From Bacteroidales bacterium (lineage in GTDB: Bacteria; Bacteroidota; Bacteroidia; Bacteroidales; F082): a DNA stretch of 64,000 nt. The notes beneath the pieces are model-generated. The model was not told the DNA's origin. It made no database searches and was given only the letters and a program-made list of their open reading frames with translations. The stretch covers positions 1,677 to 65,676 of the forward strand of contig JABFQW010000030.1 in the NCBI GenBank assembly GCA_013141455.1. Reading direction: 5' to 3'. Shown one piece after another: positions 40,317 through 49,620 of this stretch. Made by a program: the position numbers and the translations under genes. Within the stretch, counting starts at the first letter, position 1. The number at the start of each line of letters is the position of its first letter.

Positions 40317-40391
40317 GGCTCCCGCTTACGCGAAATTATGTAGCCAGGGAGGGTATTTAAAGCATTATTCATTTTTTTAAATTAGTATTAA

Positions 40392-42122
40392 ATGAAAAAG
40401 TCAGGTGTTTTTTTTGTAGGTCTTTTATTATGGTTCAATTGTTTCTCACAGTCCTGTTTACCAGAAGGCATTATTTTTGAAACGCAGGCACAGATCGACA
40501 GCTTTCCAATTAATTATCCCGGATGTACAATGATCGAGGGATCTGTTCAGATTCGGGGAGCAGAAATTACCAATCTCCTTGGTCTGGGGTCATTAACACG
40601 TATTAATGGATTCCTTTTTATTAACGGAAACGATAATCTTACCGATTTAACTGGTTTGAACAACCTGACAACTCCTGGTGGAAGACTTGCAATCTGGGGC
40701 AATATTGGTCTTCAATCGCTTCACGGTCTGGAATCTTTAGATTCAATTCATGGAGACCTTTTAATCTATGATAATAACGTATTATCCAGCCTCGACGGCC
40801 TTGATAACCTGGTTTATATTGAGTCATCGCTGGACATTGGTTATTTCATCTTTGAGCATCCATTATTATCTAACATTTCTGCACTCTCCAATTTATCTTA
40901 TGTTGGTGTAGATGTAATCATCTGGAGTAATATTGCACTTGAAAATTTACAAGGCCTTGAAGGATTATCACAAATAAATAATGATTTTATTTTATACAAT
41001 AATTCTTCATTGAATAGCCTGGCAGGGCTTGAAAACATTACAAAAATCACCAATCATCTTGAAATTGGACAAAATTACCAACTCGAAAATTTTTCTGGTC
41101 TTGAAAATCTGGATTCTATAGGAGGATGTCTTACTATTTCTGACAATCATTTACTAAGCAATATTTCAGCACTGAGTAATTTGCAAACAATATCAGGGTG
41201 TATTTATATTTGCGAGAACGAAAATCTTCAAAGTCTGGAAGGACTTGAAAATATTGACTCGATCAATTTATTGTGTCGAATTGGCAATAATAATGTTCTA
41301 CCTAACCTTCAGGGATTAAATGGTTTGACATATATTGACGGGGATTTAAGTATTATTGCTAATGTGAATATGAATAGCTATGCAGGACTGGATAACCTTG
41401 TTTCGATAAGCGGTAAACTGGCTCTTAACAGTAATGGTTTGATACAAAATCTGTCAGACTTTAGCAACTTGCGCAATATTGGTGGAAGTCTTGTTATTCA
41501 TTTCAACAATGCACTGACGAGCTTATCCGGACTCGAAGGCATTGATTCTCTGGGGAATGGACTCACAATCACTTCAAACCATAATTTGATGGAACTGGAT
41601 TCGCTGATCCATTTAAAATCAGTTGGCGGCGAGATTATAATCGACAATAATAAGTGGCTAACCTCACTTCATGGGCTGGACAGTATTTCGGCCGGATCGA
41701 TTTCAGATCTTTCCATCACAAACAACGACAGTCTGACTGAATGTGCAATTCAAAGCATTTGTGATTATTTAATCAGTCCAAACGGAAATATCGATATTCG
41801 TTTCAACAAAACAAGTTGTAGAACGAGACAGGAAGTAGAAACCTCCTGTCTTACCGGAATTGAAGAGCCTTTAACCAATACTAATCCTACGTCAATCAAA
41901 ATATATCACAACACTTCCTCCGATTTATTATTTATTGAGAACGCGGAAATAATTTCAAGATCTCAAGTTTCCGTTTTCAATATGAACAGTCAGGAGTTAA
42001 TCCAACAAGAGATCACATTACCCACGACTGCAATTAATATAAGTCATTTGCCAAAAGGGTATTATTTTATCAGGTTTTCCAGCGACAGTTTGGTTAAAGT
42101 ATTCAAAATAGTAAAGAGGTAA
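40392..42122 (+). CDS. Leucine-rich-repeat (receptor L-domain-like) surface protein with a T9SS C-terminal sorting domain
   Basis: Signal peptide, then about 18 tandem 22-24-aa units of the form LxGLxNLxxIxGxLxIxxNxxLxSL. The C-terminal tail is IKIYHNTSSDLLFIEN...GYYFIRFSSDSLVKVFKIVKR. Confidence 0.8.
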   Translation: MKKSGVFFVGLLLWFNCFSQSCLPEGIIFETQAQIDSFPINYPGCTMIEGSVQIRGAEITNLLGLGSLTRINGFLFINGNDNLTDLTGLNNLTTPGGRLAIWGNIGLQSLHGLESLDSIHGDLLIYDNNVLSSLDGLDNLVYIESSLDIGYFIFEHPLLSNISALSNLSYVGVDVIIWSNIALENLQGLEGLSQINNDFILYNNSSLNSLAGLENITKITNHLEIGQNYQLENFSGLENLDSIGGCLTISDNHLLSNISALSNLQTISGCIYICENENLQSLEGLENIDSINLLCRIGNNNVLPNLQGLNGLTYIDGDLSIIANVNMNSYAGLDNLVSISGKLALNSNGLIQNLSDFSNLRNIGGSLVIHFNNALTSLSGLEGIDSLGNGLTITSNHNLMELDSLIHLKSVGGEIIIDNNKWLTSLHGLDSISAGSISDLSITNNDSLTECAIQSICDYLISPNGNIDIRFNKTSCRTRQEVETSCLTGIEEPLTNTNPTSIKIYHNTSSDLLFIENAEIISRSQVSVFNMNSQELIQQEITLPTTAINISHLPKGYYFIRFSSDSLVKVFKIVKR

Positions 42123-42180
42123 GTTTATGAAAAACTGAAATCGCCCCACTTGTTATAGGCTCCATACTATCTATGTTGTA

Positions 42181-42405
42181 CAAACATCCCGATCCAGGAC
42201 AAGAGTGAAACGCTTTCATAAACAATGGATTATGCATAATTCGGAACTCAATTATTCCAGAGAAACTGACAAATAATGGACAATTGACAACCTTCGTTAC
42301 TGAGTATAATCATTTTATGAAACAGCGCGCAGGCGCTCCCCATTTGTGGGGTTGGGGCCGGGAAGGTAACGAAGAAAAAACAAGCTAAGCCTAAAACGGT
42401 TACTT
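42181..42405 (+). repeat. Copy C of the ~230-250 bp dispersed repeat
   Basis: Same orientation as copy A. Shares the 44-bp core at 42291-42334 and the GGTTGGGGCCGGG block. Its 3' end overlaps the stop codon of the convergent gene at 42400. Confidence 0.8.
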
Positions 42406-43734
42406 TACCACAATTCTTTTTGTTACCAAACCTTCACTCGATTGTAGTTGTAAGAAATATACGCCACTTGCCAGCCTGTTCAATGGCATCGAAATTTTTG
42501 ATTCATTGTGTGAAACATACAAGGTTTGCACTACTTTTCCAGCAGCATCAAACAGTTCTATACCAGATATTTGTCCATCGAAGCCCGAAAAATCAATGTT
42601 TATAACATCTGTTGCCGGATTGGGATATAGTCTGATACCGCTTTCTGTTGCCGATACCTCTGTATTGCCAACAAATTCATCCACCGTTATTTTATACATC
42701 GAACGCCCATAAGTCGCCACAACCAACATCCGCATTTCGGGCTGAAAGGTGAGGTCCATCATTGGAACATTAGGCAATCCTTCGCCAACCGGAATCCAGT
42801 TTTGCCCATAATTTACGGTTCCAAACACACCAACATCGGTGGCAACATACAAAACCGGAACATAAACCGGATCAACAACAATATCGTTAATGGGCGATTC
42901 AGGCAGGTCACCGGAAATATCGGTCCAGTTTTGTCCGAAGTCAGTCGTTTTGAAAATATGTGATAAATATTCGTCATTTCTATAACCCGATAAGGTCACA
43001 TAGGCAGTTGCTTCGTCAAACTGATCCGTTGAAACCCTGGTTACCCAACGGTCAGGCAGTTCGCCCGAGATTTTGGCCCAGTCTGAACCACCATTCTGAG
43101 TAACCCAAACATTGCCATCATCTGTACCGGCATAAATAATATTCTGATTTATTGGTGAAACCGATAGGGTAGTCGTGGTGCCGTACATCTGATTATACTG
43201 ACCCGGTCCGTTGGTAAGGTCAGGGCTTATTGCCGACCAGCCTGCCGCATGGTTTGTGGATTTATACACCTTATTGCTCCCGAAATACAGGATTGCCGGG
43301 TTTGCCGGATTAAACGTCAGCGGCGACATCCAGTTGAAACGATCAGAACCACCAATACCATTTGTTGCGTCCATAAACGATGAGCCTCCGTTGGTCGATC
43401 TGCCCAGCCCGCCATACTGGTATTCGGCATAAACATATTGGTTGTTTACCGGATTTACTTTAACAACAAAACCATCGCCACCATAGATTTCGTGCCAGTC
43501 ATCAATATTTCCGGTGAGGGTGCGGTTTGTCCCGTTGTCCTGTGTCCCTCCATAAAGTCGTTCCGGATGCTGTTGATCTATTTCAGAGGTGTAAAACTGT
43601 GTGATCGGCAGGTTTTCGAGATGTGTCCAGGTGTTTCCGGCATTCTGTGACGTATAAACCCCGCCATCATTACCTAGAACCAAAAAATTATTATCCATGG
43701 GGTGGGCATACAAATCGTGTTGATCAACATGCAC
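42400..43734 (-). CDS. VPS10/sortilin-like BNR-repeat protein, C-terminal fragment with a T9SS sorting domain
   Basis: Asp-box motifs (SQNAGNTWT, STNGGSSF, TQNGGSDWA, TTDFGQNWT, TVNYGQNWI). T9SS tail is IRLYPNPATDVINI...GVYFLQLQSSEGLVTKRIVVK. It is in the same frame as 43846-44922. The sense frame stays open between them except for one TAG. Confidence 0.8.
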   Translation of the reverse strand: MHVDQHDLYAHPMDNNFLVLGNDGGVYTSQNAGNTWTHLENLPITQFYTSEIDQQHPERLYGGTQDNGTNRTLTGNIDDWHEIYGGDGFVVKVNPVNNQYVYAEYQYGGLGRSTNGGSSFMDATNGIGGSDRFNWMSPLTFNPANPAILYFGSNKVYKSTNHAAGWSAISPDLTNGPGQYNQMYGTTTTLSVSPINQNIIYAGTDDGNVWVTQNGGSDWAKISGELPDRWVTRVSTDQFDEATAYVTLSGYRNDEYLSHIFKTTDFGQNWTDISGDLPESPINDIVVDPVYVPVLYVATDVGVFGTVNYGQNWIPVGEGLPNVPMMDLTFQPEMRMLVVATYGRSMYKITVDEFVGNTEVSATESGIRLYPNPATDVINIDFSGFDGQISGIELFDAAGKVVQTLYVSHNESKISMPLNRLASGVYFLQLQSSEGLVTKRIVVK

Positions 43735-43845
43735 AGAATAACTGATGTTTGACCACGAATTGCCACCGTTAGCCGTTTTAAACAGATCGAACCCGATGGC
43801 ATAAACGGTATTTGAATTAAGCGGATCAATACGCAGACGTCCGAA

Positions 43846-44922
43846 CTACCAACCGTAAGACGAATACATATTATTCAAGGCGGCATCGTTGGTGTGTGTC
43901 CAGGTGTCACCGAAGTTTGTTGATTTATACACACCATCGAAATAGCCTTCTTTATCAGCATATATCGAATATAAAACTGCCGGATCGGAAGGTGAGATGG
44001 TTATCCCGATTCGCCCGGTGTTGGGTGATCCGGAAGGCAATCCTTCGGTGAGTTCCTGCCAACTTTCGCCACCATCAAACGAACGATATATGCCGCAGGA
44101 TGGACCGCCATAAATACGTTCATCGGGGCGTCGGATACGCTCCCACATGGCTGCGTATATCGTTTCGGGATTAAGTGGGTTAATAACAATGTCGATGGCA
44201 CCGGTTGAATCATTGATATACAGCATTTGTTGCCAGGTTTGGCCGCCATCGATCGTTTTAAAAATTCCACGTTGGTTGTTTTTCGAAAACATACGTCCCA
44301 TGGCAGCTACATAACATATATCCGGGTTTTGTGGATGGATTGCCAACCGTCCGATGCTTCCACTTTCGTCAAGACCTAGATGAGCCCACGAAGCGCCGGC
44401 ATCATCCGATCTGAAAACACCCAGGCCATCATACGAAACTGATCCGCCACCGGCATTTGCTTCTCCGGTTCCTACGTATATCACATCGGGATTGGAAGGA
44501 GCAAGTGCGATATCTCCAATGGATAGACTTGGTTGCTCATCAAAAATTGCTTCCCACGAAAGGCCCGAATCAATTGTTTTAAAAACACCACCTGATGCTG
44601 CGCCGATATAAAAGATTGAAGGATCGACCGGGTTCAGTGCGACTGCCGAAACCCGTCCTCCAATGTTTACCGGACCGGCAAATTCCCATTCAAAATATCT
44701 GTTTCGGCTTTTGTTAACCGCTTTCAGTGCCTTTGCCTGATCAAGTGATTTTTGGTAGGCTTCATAGTTTATATCCGAAAAAGGGAAAGCCCGTTGGCTA
44801 TAAAACCATTCGTTGGGTTTCTTTTTCGTTTCTTTAAGATTATCTGTTTTATCTTTATTGAAAAGAAATAATGAAGCAGCAAGCCCGAATAAGAGTAAAG
44901 CTGTATAAATTAGTTTTTTCAT
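43846..44922 (-). CDS. VPS10/sortilin-like BNR-repeat protein, N-terminal fragment ending at an in-frame TAG
   Basis: Signal peptide MKKLIYTALLLFGLAASLF. Asp-boxes are TIDSGLSWE, RSDDAGASWA, TIDGGQTWQ, SFDGGESWQ and STNFGDTWT. TAG at 43846-43848. Confidence 0.8.
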   Translation of the reverse strand: MKKLIYTALLLFGLAASLFLFNKDKTDNLKETKKKPNEWFYSQRAFPFSDINYEAYQKSLDQAKALKAVNKSRNRYFEWEFAGPVNIGGRVSAVALNPVDPSIFYIGAASGGVFKTIDSGLSWEAIFDEQPSLSIGDIALAPSNPDVIYVGTGEANAGGGSVSYDGLGVFRSDDAGASWAHLGLDESGSIGRLAIHPQNPDICYVAAMGRMFSKNNQRGIFKTIDGGQTWQQMLYINDSTGAIDIVINPLNPETIYAAMWERIRRPDERIYGGPSCGIYRSFDGGESWQELTEGLPSGSPNTGRIGITISPSDPAVLYSIYADKEGYFDGVYKSTNFGDTWTHTNDAALNNMYSSYGW

Positions 44923-44978
44923 ATAAATATGTATCTGTTTTCAATGATGTTTGATAAAACTAAGTTCACACCAAATAC

Positions 44979-45049
44979 CGAACTTTCAACATCGAACTTT
45001 GAACTTTGAACTTTGAACTTCCAACCTATCAACCCATCAACCCATCAAC
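44979..45049. repeat. Two adjoining microsatellites: GAACTTT x4 then TCAACCCA x2.6
   Basis: cgaacttt caacat cgaacttt gaacttt gaacttt gaactt ccaaccta tcaaccca tcaaccca tcaac. The last block overlaps the 3' end of the minus-strand CDS at 45029. Confidence 0.8.
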
Positions 45050-45427
45050 ATTATGTTTCATCTTTTCCCTGAATTCGTTGAATGCTATTTCCACGCTATC
45101 ATCGAATTTTTGCTGAAGCGCCCGGTATGCCTCAAGTAAACGAAATGCCGCCGGAGTGAGCGAAGAGTATCCACCATCTTTACCGCCCCGTTGCCTGTCG
45201 ATCAAGGGATACCCAAGAATCAATTCGGCTTGTTGTAAATCGCCCCAGGCTTTCCGGTAACTTACCCCAACCGCTTCTGCTGCAGCTTTCAATGAGCCTT
45301 TTTCATGAATTAAAGCCAATAAATCGTAGGTAAGATCATCAACCCGGCCATCACCAACTAATCCGGATAACCAGATTTTATAGGTTAAAAAAACATCTTT
45401 TCTGCTTGGTTTCGGATACTTGTCCAT
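45029..45427 (-). CDS. Winged-helix transcriptional regulator resembling the ModE N-terminal / LysR HTH domain
   Basis: GSLKAAAEAVGVSYRKAWGDLQQAELILGYPLIDRQRGGKDGGYSSLTPAAFRLL matches the ModE-type wHTH. At 132 aa it has no TOBE domain. Confidence 0.75.
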   Translation of the reverse strand: MDKYPKPSRKDVFLTYKIWLSGLVGDGRVDDLTYDLLALIHEKGSLKAAAEAVGVSYRKAWGDLQQAELILGYPLIDRQRGGKDGGYSSLTPAAFRLLEAYRALQQKFDDSVEIAFNEFREKMKHNVDGLMG

Positions 45428-45777
45428 GCGAAATACAATTTGATGGCTAAGTTACTGTTTTTTCATTGTGATAATTGAACGCTATGATTGGTATCTTTAG
45501 ATTTGTTTTTATTAATTTTTATATCGAAAAATTGTTCTCTCCTTCATTTAATAGTAAATTAGCTGAATAAAAAGGATGTTTAAGGCAATTCAAATACTTT
45601 TCAAAAAAAATAAACGTGAAGATTTTAAGGGTAATTGTTGGTGAAAGGAAACGCAGAAGGTTGAGTAAAACTGGCCGTTGTCTCAAATTTTCATAGGATG
45701 AAACTGGATGTTTTAGGTTTGTTGTCTTTTTAAAAGTGCTGAAATGATGATTATTATATATTAATTATTTTAAATTT

Positions 45778-48700
45778 ATGCATCAATACACTCAAAGCCC
45801 GGATCAAAAACTTCGAATTCTTTTTGCTGAAGATGTAGCTGCCGATTACGAATTGGCACTGATTGCGCTTCGCGAAGAAAAGTTGAATTTCGATTCGGTA
45901 CTTGTTGAAACCAAAAATGATTTTATTGAACAACTCAATATTTTTAAACCTCATCTTGTGGTGTCAGATTACGAGATGCCTTCTTTTAATGGGACCGAAG
46001 CCCTTGTATTAACTCAAAATTATAATCAGGCGCTGCCATTCATTATACTTACCGGATCGAGAAACGAAAATATTGCAGTTGATTGCATGCGAATGGGAGC
46101 ATGGGACTACGTGTTGAAAGACAATATGAAACGGTTGCCGTTCTCGATAAAAGAGGTGTTACACCAGGCCGAAGCCATGCAAAAGGAAGCACTAGCAAGG
46201 GTGGCTCTTGCCGAAAGTGAGAAAAAGTACAGGTCATATATTGAACTTGCTACGGATGGTGTGTTTGTAACGGATGAAAACGGGAATTTCCTCGAAGTGA
46301 ATCCTGCCGGATGCAGTATGACTGGTTATTCAGAGGATGAAATTCTGAAAATGTCAATCGTTGATTTTAATGTTGAGCTTTATGAAGACCAGAATCAAAG
46401 ACTACTGAATCAAACAAAATCAAGCGGATCTGACATGATGGAAATGAAATTCAGACGCAGGGACAGGTCAATCGGCTGGTGGATTGTGAATACCAGAAAA
46501 ATTAACGACAACAGGTTTATTGGTTACACCAAAGATATTACCTCAGCAAAATTGAACCACCTTTCGTTGATTGAAAGTGAAAAAAAATATAGATCACTGA
46601 TCGATCAGATGACGCAGGGAATGTCAGTGCACGAAGTAATTGAAGATGAAAATGGCAAGGTTGTCGATTATCGCTTTCTGGATGTTAATAACAGTTTTGA
46701 AACAATAACTGGCCTGAAAAGAGATATGATTCTTGGGAAAACGGCGATCGAGATATATCCTGAAACTGAACGGGAATGGATTGAAAAATATGGTGAAGTA
46801 GCAAAAACCGGTAAATCATTTACCACACAAAAGTTCTCTTTTTTATTAAATCGCATGTTCGAGGTTACCGCGTATCGGCCGCAATTGAACCAATTCGTTG
46901 CCATTTTTACAGATATTACCGAACGGCAGGAAAGCCTTGATGCCTTGATAGAAAGTGAATCGAGGTTCAGGATGCTGTTTGATAACACGCCTATGGGTAT
47001 ATTCCATTACGATAAGCGTGGTATTATTCAGTCGGTTAACGAACCTTTTGTAAAAATGTTGGATTCTTCGATTGAAAAGCTCGTGGGTTTTGACCTTGAA
47101 ACATTGAAGAATAAGGAAATGTTAAATGCCATAAAGCTAACACTTACCGGTCAGAATGCATCTTTTGAAGGTATATATGAAAGCATTACTTCTGGAAAAA
47201 TAGGAGAGATCATCGGAAAGTTTACCCCTGTCTTTAGTGTTGATGGTAAAGTGAGTGGTGGTATTGGTATAATAGATGATATCTCTGACAAGAAAAAATC
47301 AGAAAGAGAACTCCATGAATCGCAGGAACGCTTCGTTAAGTCGTTCTATTCGAGCCCGGCGGCGATATCAATTATCGAAAGAAAGACAAATAAAATTGTT
47401 GAAGTAAACGATTCCTGGTGCCGGATTTCCGGGTATTCGCGCGACATGGTTATCGGGAAAAAAGTTGATAAAATTATCAGATTTGAAAAGTCTTCTAAAC
47501 TTTTGATGGTGAATGAGCTTAAAACCAGAAACTCAATACACGAAGCCGAAATAAACCTGTTCTCCAGAAAAAACGAAAGAATTACAGCGCTCACCTCGAT
47601 CGATGCATACGAAATTGCCGGGGTTGAATATCTGCTTTCGACCATGATGGATATCACCGACCGCAAAAATGCAGAAGAAGAACTTGTCAAATTAACCCGC
47701 GCCGTTGAACAATCACCAGTTTCAATTATAATTACTGATCTTGAGGGTAATATCGAATACGTAAATCCAAAAACAACAGAGGTTACCGGATATATGCCCT
47801 TCGAATTAATCGGAAATAATCCGCGGATTTTAAGTTCGGGTGAAACCCCTTCATCTGTTTATAAGGAAATGTATGATGTGATTAAAGCTGGTGGTATCTG
47901 GCAGGGTGAGTTTCATAACCGGACCAAATCAGGTTCGCTGATTTGGGAATCGGCATCCATTTCACCGGTCATTAACGATGAGGGCATTATGACGCATTAT
48001 ATTGCAGTAAAAGAGAATATTACCGAGTGGAAAAGGATGCTGGTTATTCTTCGGGAAAGTGAAAAACGTTACCGCGATATGTTTATTGGAAACCCTCTGC
48101 CTATGTACATTTTCGAAATGGATAGTCATAAATTTATCGAAGTGAACCTGGCAATGACAATTGAATATGGTTACACCGTGGAGGAGTTTTTATCGATGCG
48201 GTTAGAGGATATTCACTTGAAAGATGCTATCTCTGAAACATTCCCCGGACTTTTAGAAGATGATCAAAACAGACAGAGTGTTGGCATTTGTGAACATATC
48301 CGCAAAGATGGTTCTGTTGTGAATGTCGAAATCAGTTCACATCCCATTGAATCGGACAACGGTAAATATTTAAGGTTGATTCTGGAGAAAAATATAACCG
48401 AAAAACTAAATACCGAAAAAGCATTGCAACATGCCAAGGAGTTGGCCGAAGCAAGCGATAAACTGAAAACTACTTTCCTGAATAATATTTCGCATGAAGT
48501 CAGAACCCCGCTGAATGGAATTATCGGGGCGGCAAGTTTAATTGGCGATCCTGATCTGAAAGACCAGGATCACGAAGAACTTGTCGAAATAATTACCACA
48601 AGTACCGAAAGACTCATTCAAACGATCACCGATTTTATGGATGTTTCGTTGCTCACCTCCCGCAATATGGAAGTATTCATTCGCAAGGTATATTTATCGA

Positions 48701-49569
48701 AACTCCTCGAACGTGTCAGGCAAAAATATGAGAAACTGATATTTGAGAAAAACCTGAAGATCGAACTGCGATTGCCCGAAAACGCTGATTCTCACGTGCT
48801 GGAAAGTGATGAAGAGCTGATATTTAAATCATTATGCCACTTGATGGCCAATGCGGTAAAATTTAACGACCGTGGAAAAGTGATACTTGGATATCAGATC
48901 AAAGGTGATCAGATTGAATTTTTTGTAGAAGATAATGGTATCGGTATAAGTAAGGATTCGCAGGCACGGATATTCGATTATTTCAGTCAGGAAGACTCGA
49001 GCAGCGTTCGGAGATTCGAAGGCAGCGGACTTGGATTGTCAATTGTGAAAGGAATTTCCACACTTTTGGGCGGTTCGGTCAATCTTGTTTCGACCAAAGG
49101 ACTTGGTTCATGTTTCTATTTTATCATACCTGCCGGAAAATTATCACATATCGAACCACCTGCACCGGTTGTAATTAAAGAAAAAGTTGATCAACCAATT
49201 TTGTTGATTGCCGAAGATGATGAGTCGAACTTCTTTGTGCTTGAGGTTGTAGTCAAAAAAACGACAGGAGCAAAAGTTATCAGGGCATCAAACGGACTCG
49301 AAGCCGTTGACTTCTGTCGTGAAAATCCTGCCATTACCTTAGTTTTGATGGATATCAAAATGCCAGTCATGGATGGGTTGGAAGCAACCCGGGAAATTAA
49401 AGCATTCAGACCCGATTTGCCTATCATTGCCATAACAGCGTATGCCATGAGTGGTGATGAACAAAAGGCATTGAACGCGGGTTGTAATGATTATCTCGCC
49501 AAACCGGTTTCGATGAAAGCCCTTGTTGCAAAGCTTGAGGTTTTTGGTTTAACCAAAGTAAACAAATGA
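45778..49569 (+). CDS. Hybrid sensor histidine kinase: N-terminal receiver, multiple PAS/PAC domains, HisKA, HATPase_c, C-terminal receiver
   Basis: REC1 (ILFAEDVAAD...LVVSDYEMPSFNG). Repeated PAS signatures, several ending in DITERK/DITDRK-type PAC tails. H-box FLNNISHEVRTPLNGI. G-boxes EDNGIGIS and GSGLGLSIVK. REC2 (ILLIAEDDESN...LMDIKMPVMDG...KP). Confidence 0.93.
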   Translation: MHQYTQSPDQKLRILFAEDVAADYELALIALREEKLNFDSVLVETKNDFIEQLNIFKPHLVVSDYEMPSFNGTEALVLTQNYNQALPFIILTGSRNENIAVDCMRMGAWDYVLKDNMKRLPFSIKEVLHQAEAMQKEALARVALAESEKKYRSYIELATDGVFVTDENGNFLEVNPAGCSMTGYSEDEILKMSIVDFNVELYEDQNQRLLNQTKSSGSDMMEMKFRRRDRSIGWWIVNTRKINDNRFIGYTKDITSAKLNHLSLIESEKKYRSLIDQMTQGMSVHEVIEDENGKVVDYRFLDVNNSFETITGLKRDMILGKTAIEIYPETEREWIEKYGEVAKTGKSFTTQKFSFLLNRMFEVTAYRPQLNQFVAIFTDITERQESLDALIESESRFRMLFDNTPMGIFHYDKRGIIQSVNEPFVKMLDSSIEKLVGFDLETLKNKEMLNAIKLTLTGQNASFEGIYESITSGKIGEIIGKFTPVFSVDGKVSGGIGIIDDISDKKKSERELHESQERFVKSFYSSPAAISIIERKTNKIVEVNDSWCRISGYSRDMVIGKKVDKIIRFEKSSKLLMVNELKTRNSIHEAEINLFSRKNERITALTSIDAYEIAGVEYLLSTMMDITDRKNAEEELVKLTRAVEQSPVSIIITDLEGNIEYVNPKTTEVTGYMPFELIGNNPRILSSGETPSSVYKEMYDVIKAGGIWQGEFHNRTKSGSLIWESASISPVINDEGIMTHYIAVKENITEWKRMLVILRESEKRYRDMFIGNPLPMYIFEMDSHKFIEVNLAMTIEYGYTVEEFLSMRLEDIHLKDAISETFPGLLEDDQNRQSVGICEHIRKDGSVVNVEISSHPIESDNGKYLRLILEKNITEKLNTEKALQHAKELAEASDKLKTTFLNNISHEVRTPLNGIIGAASLIGDPDLKDQDHEELVEIITTSTERLIQTITDFMDVSLLTSRNMEVFIRKVYLSKLLERVRQKYEKLIFEKNLKIELRLPENADSHVLESDEELIFKSLCHLMANAVKFNDRGKVILGYQIKGDQIEFFVEDNGIGISKDSQARIFDYFSQEDSSSVRRFEGSGLGLSIVKGISTLLGGSVNLVSTKGLGSCFYFIIPAGKLSHIEPPAPVVIKEKVDQPILLIAEDDESNFFVLEVVVKKTTGAKVIRASNGLEAVDFCRENPAITLVLMDIKMPVMDGLEATREIKAFRPDLPIIAITAYAMSGDEQKALNAGCNDYLAKPVSMKALVAKLEVFGLTKVNK

Positions 49570-49620
49570 AAACGAATATCAGAAGATTATAGCCGGACTA
49601 ACTGTAAAAATGAAAGAATA

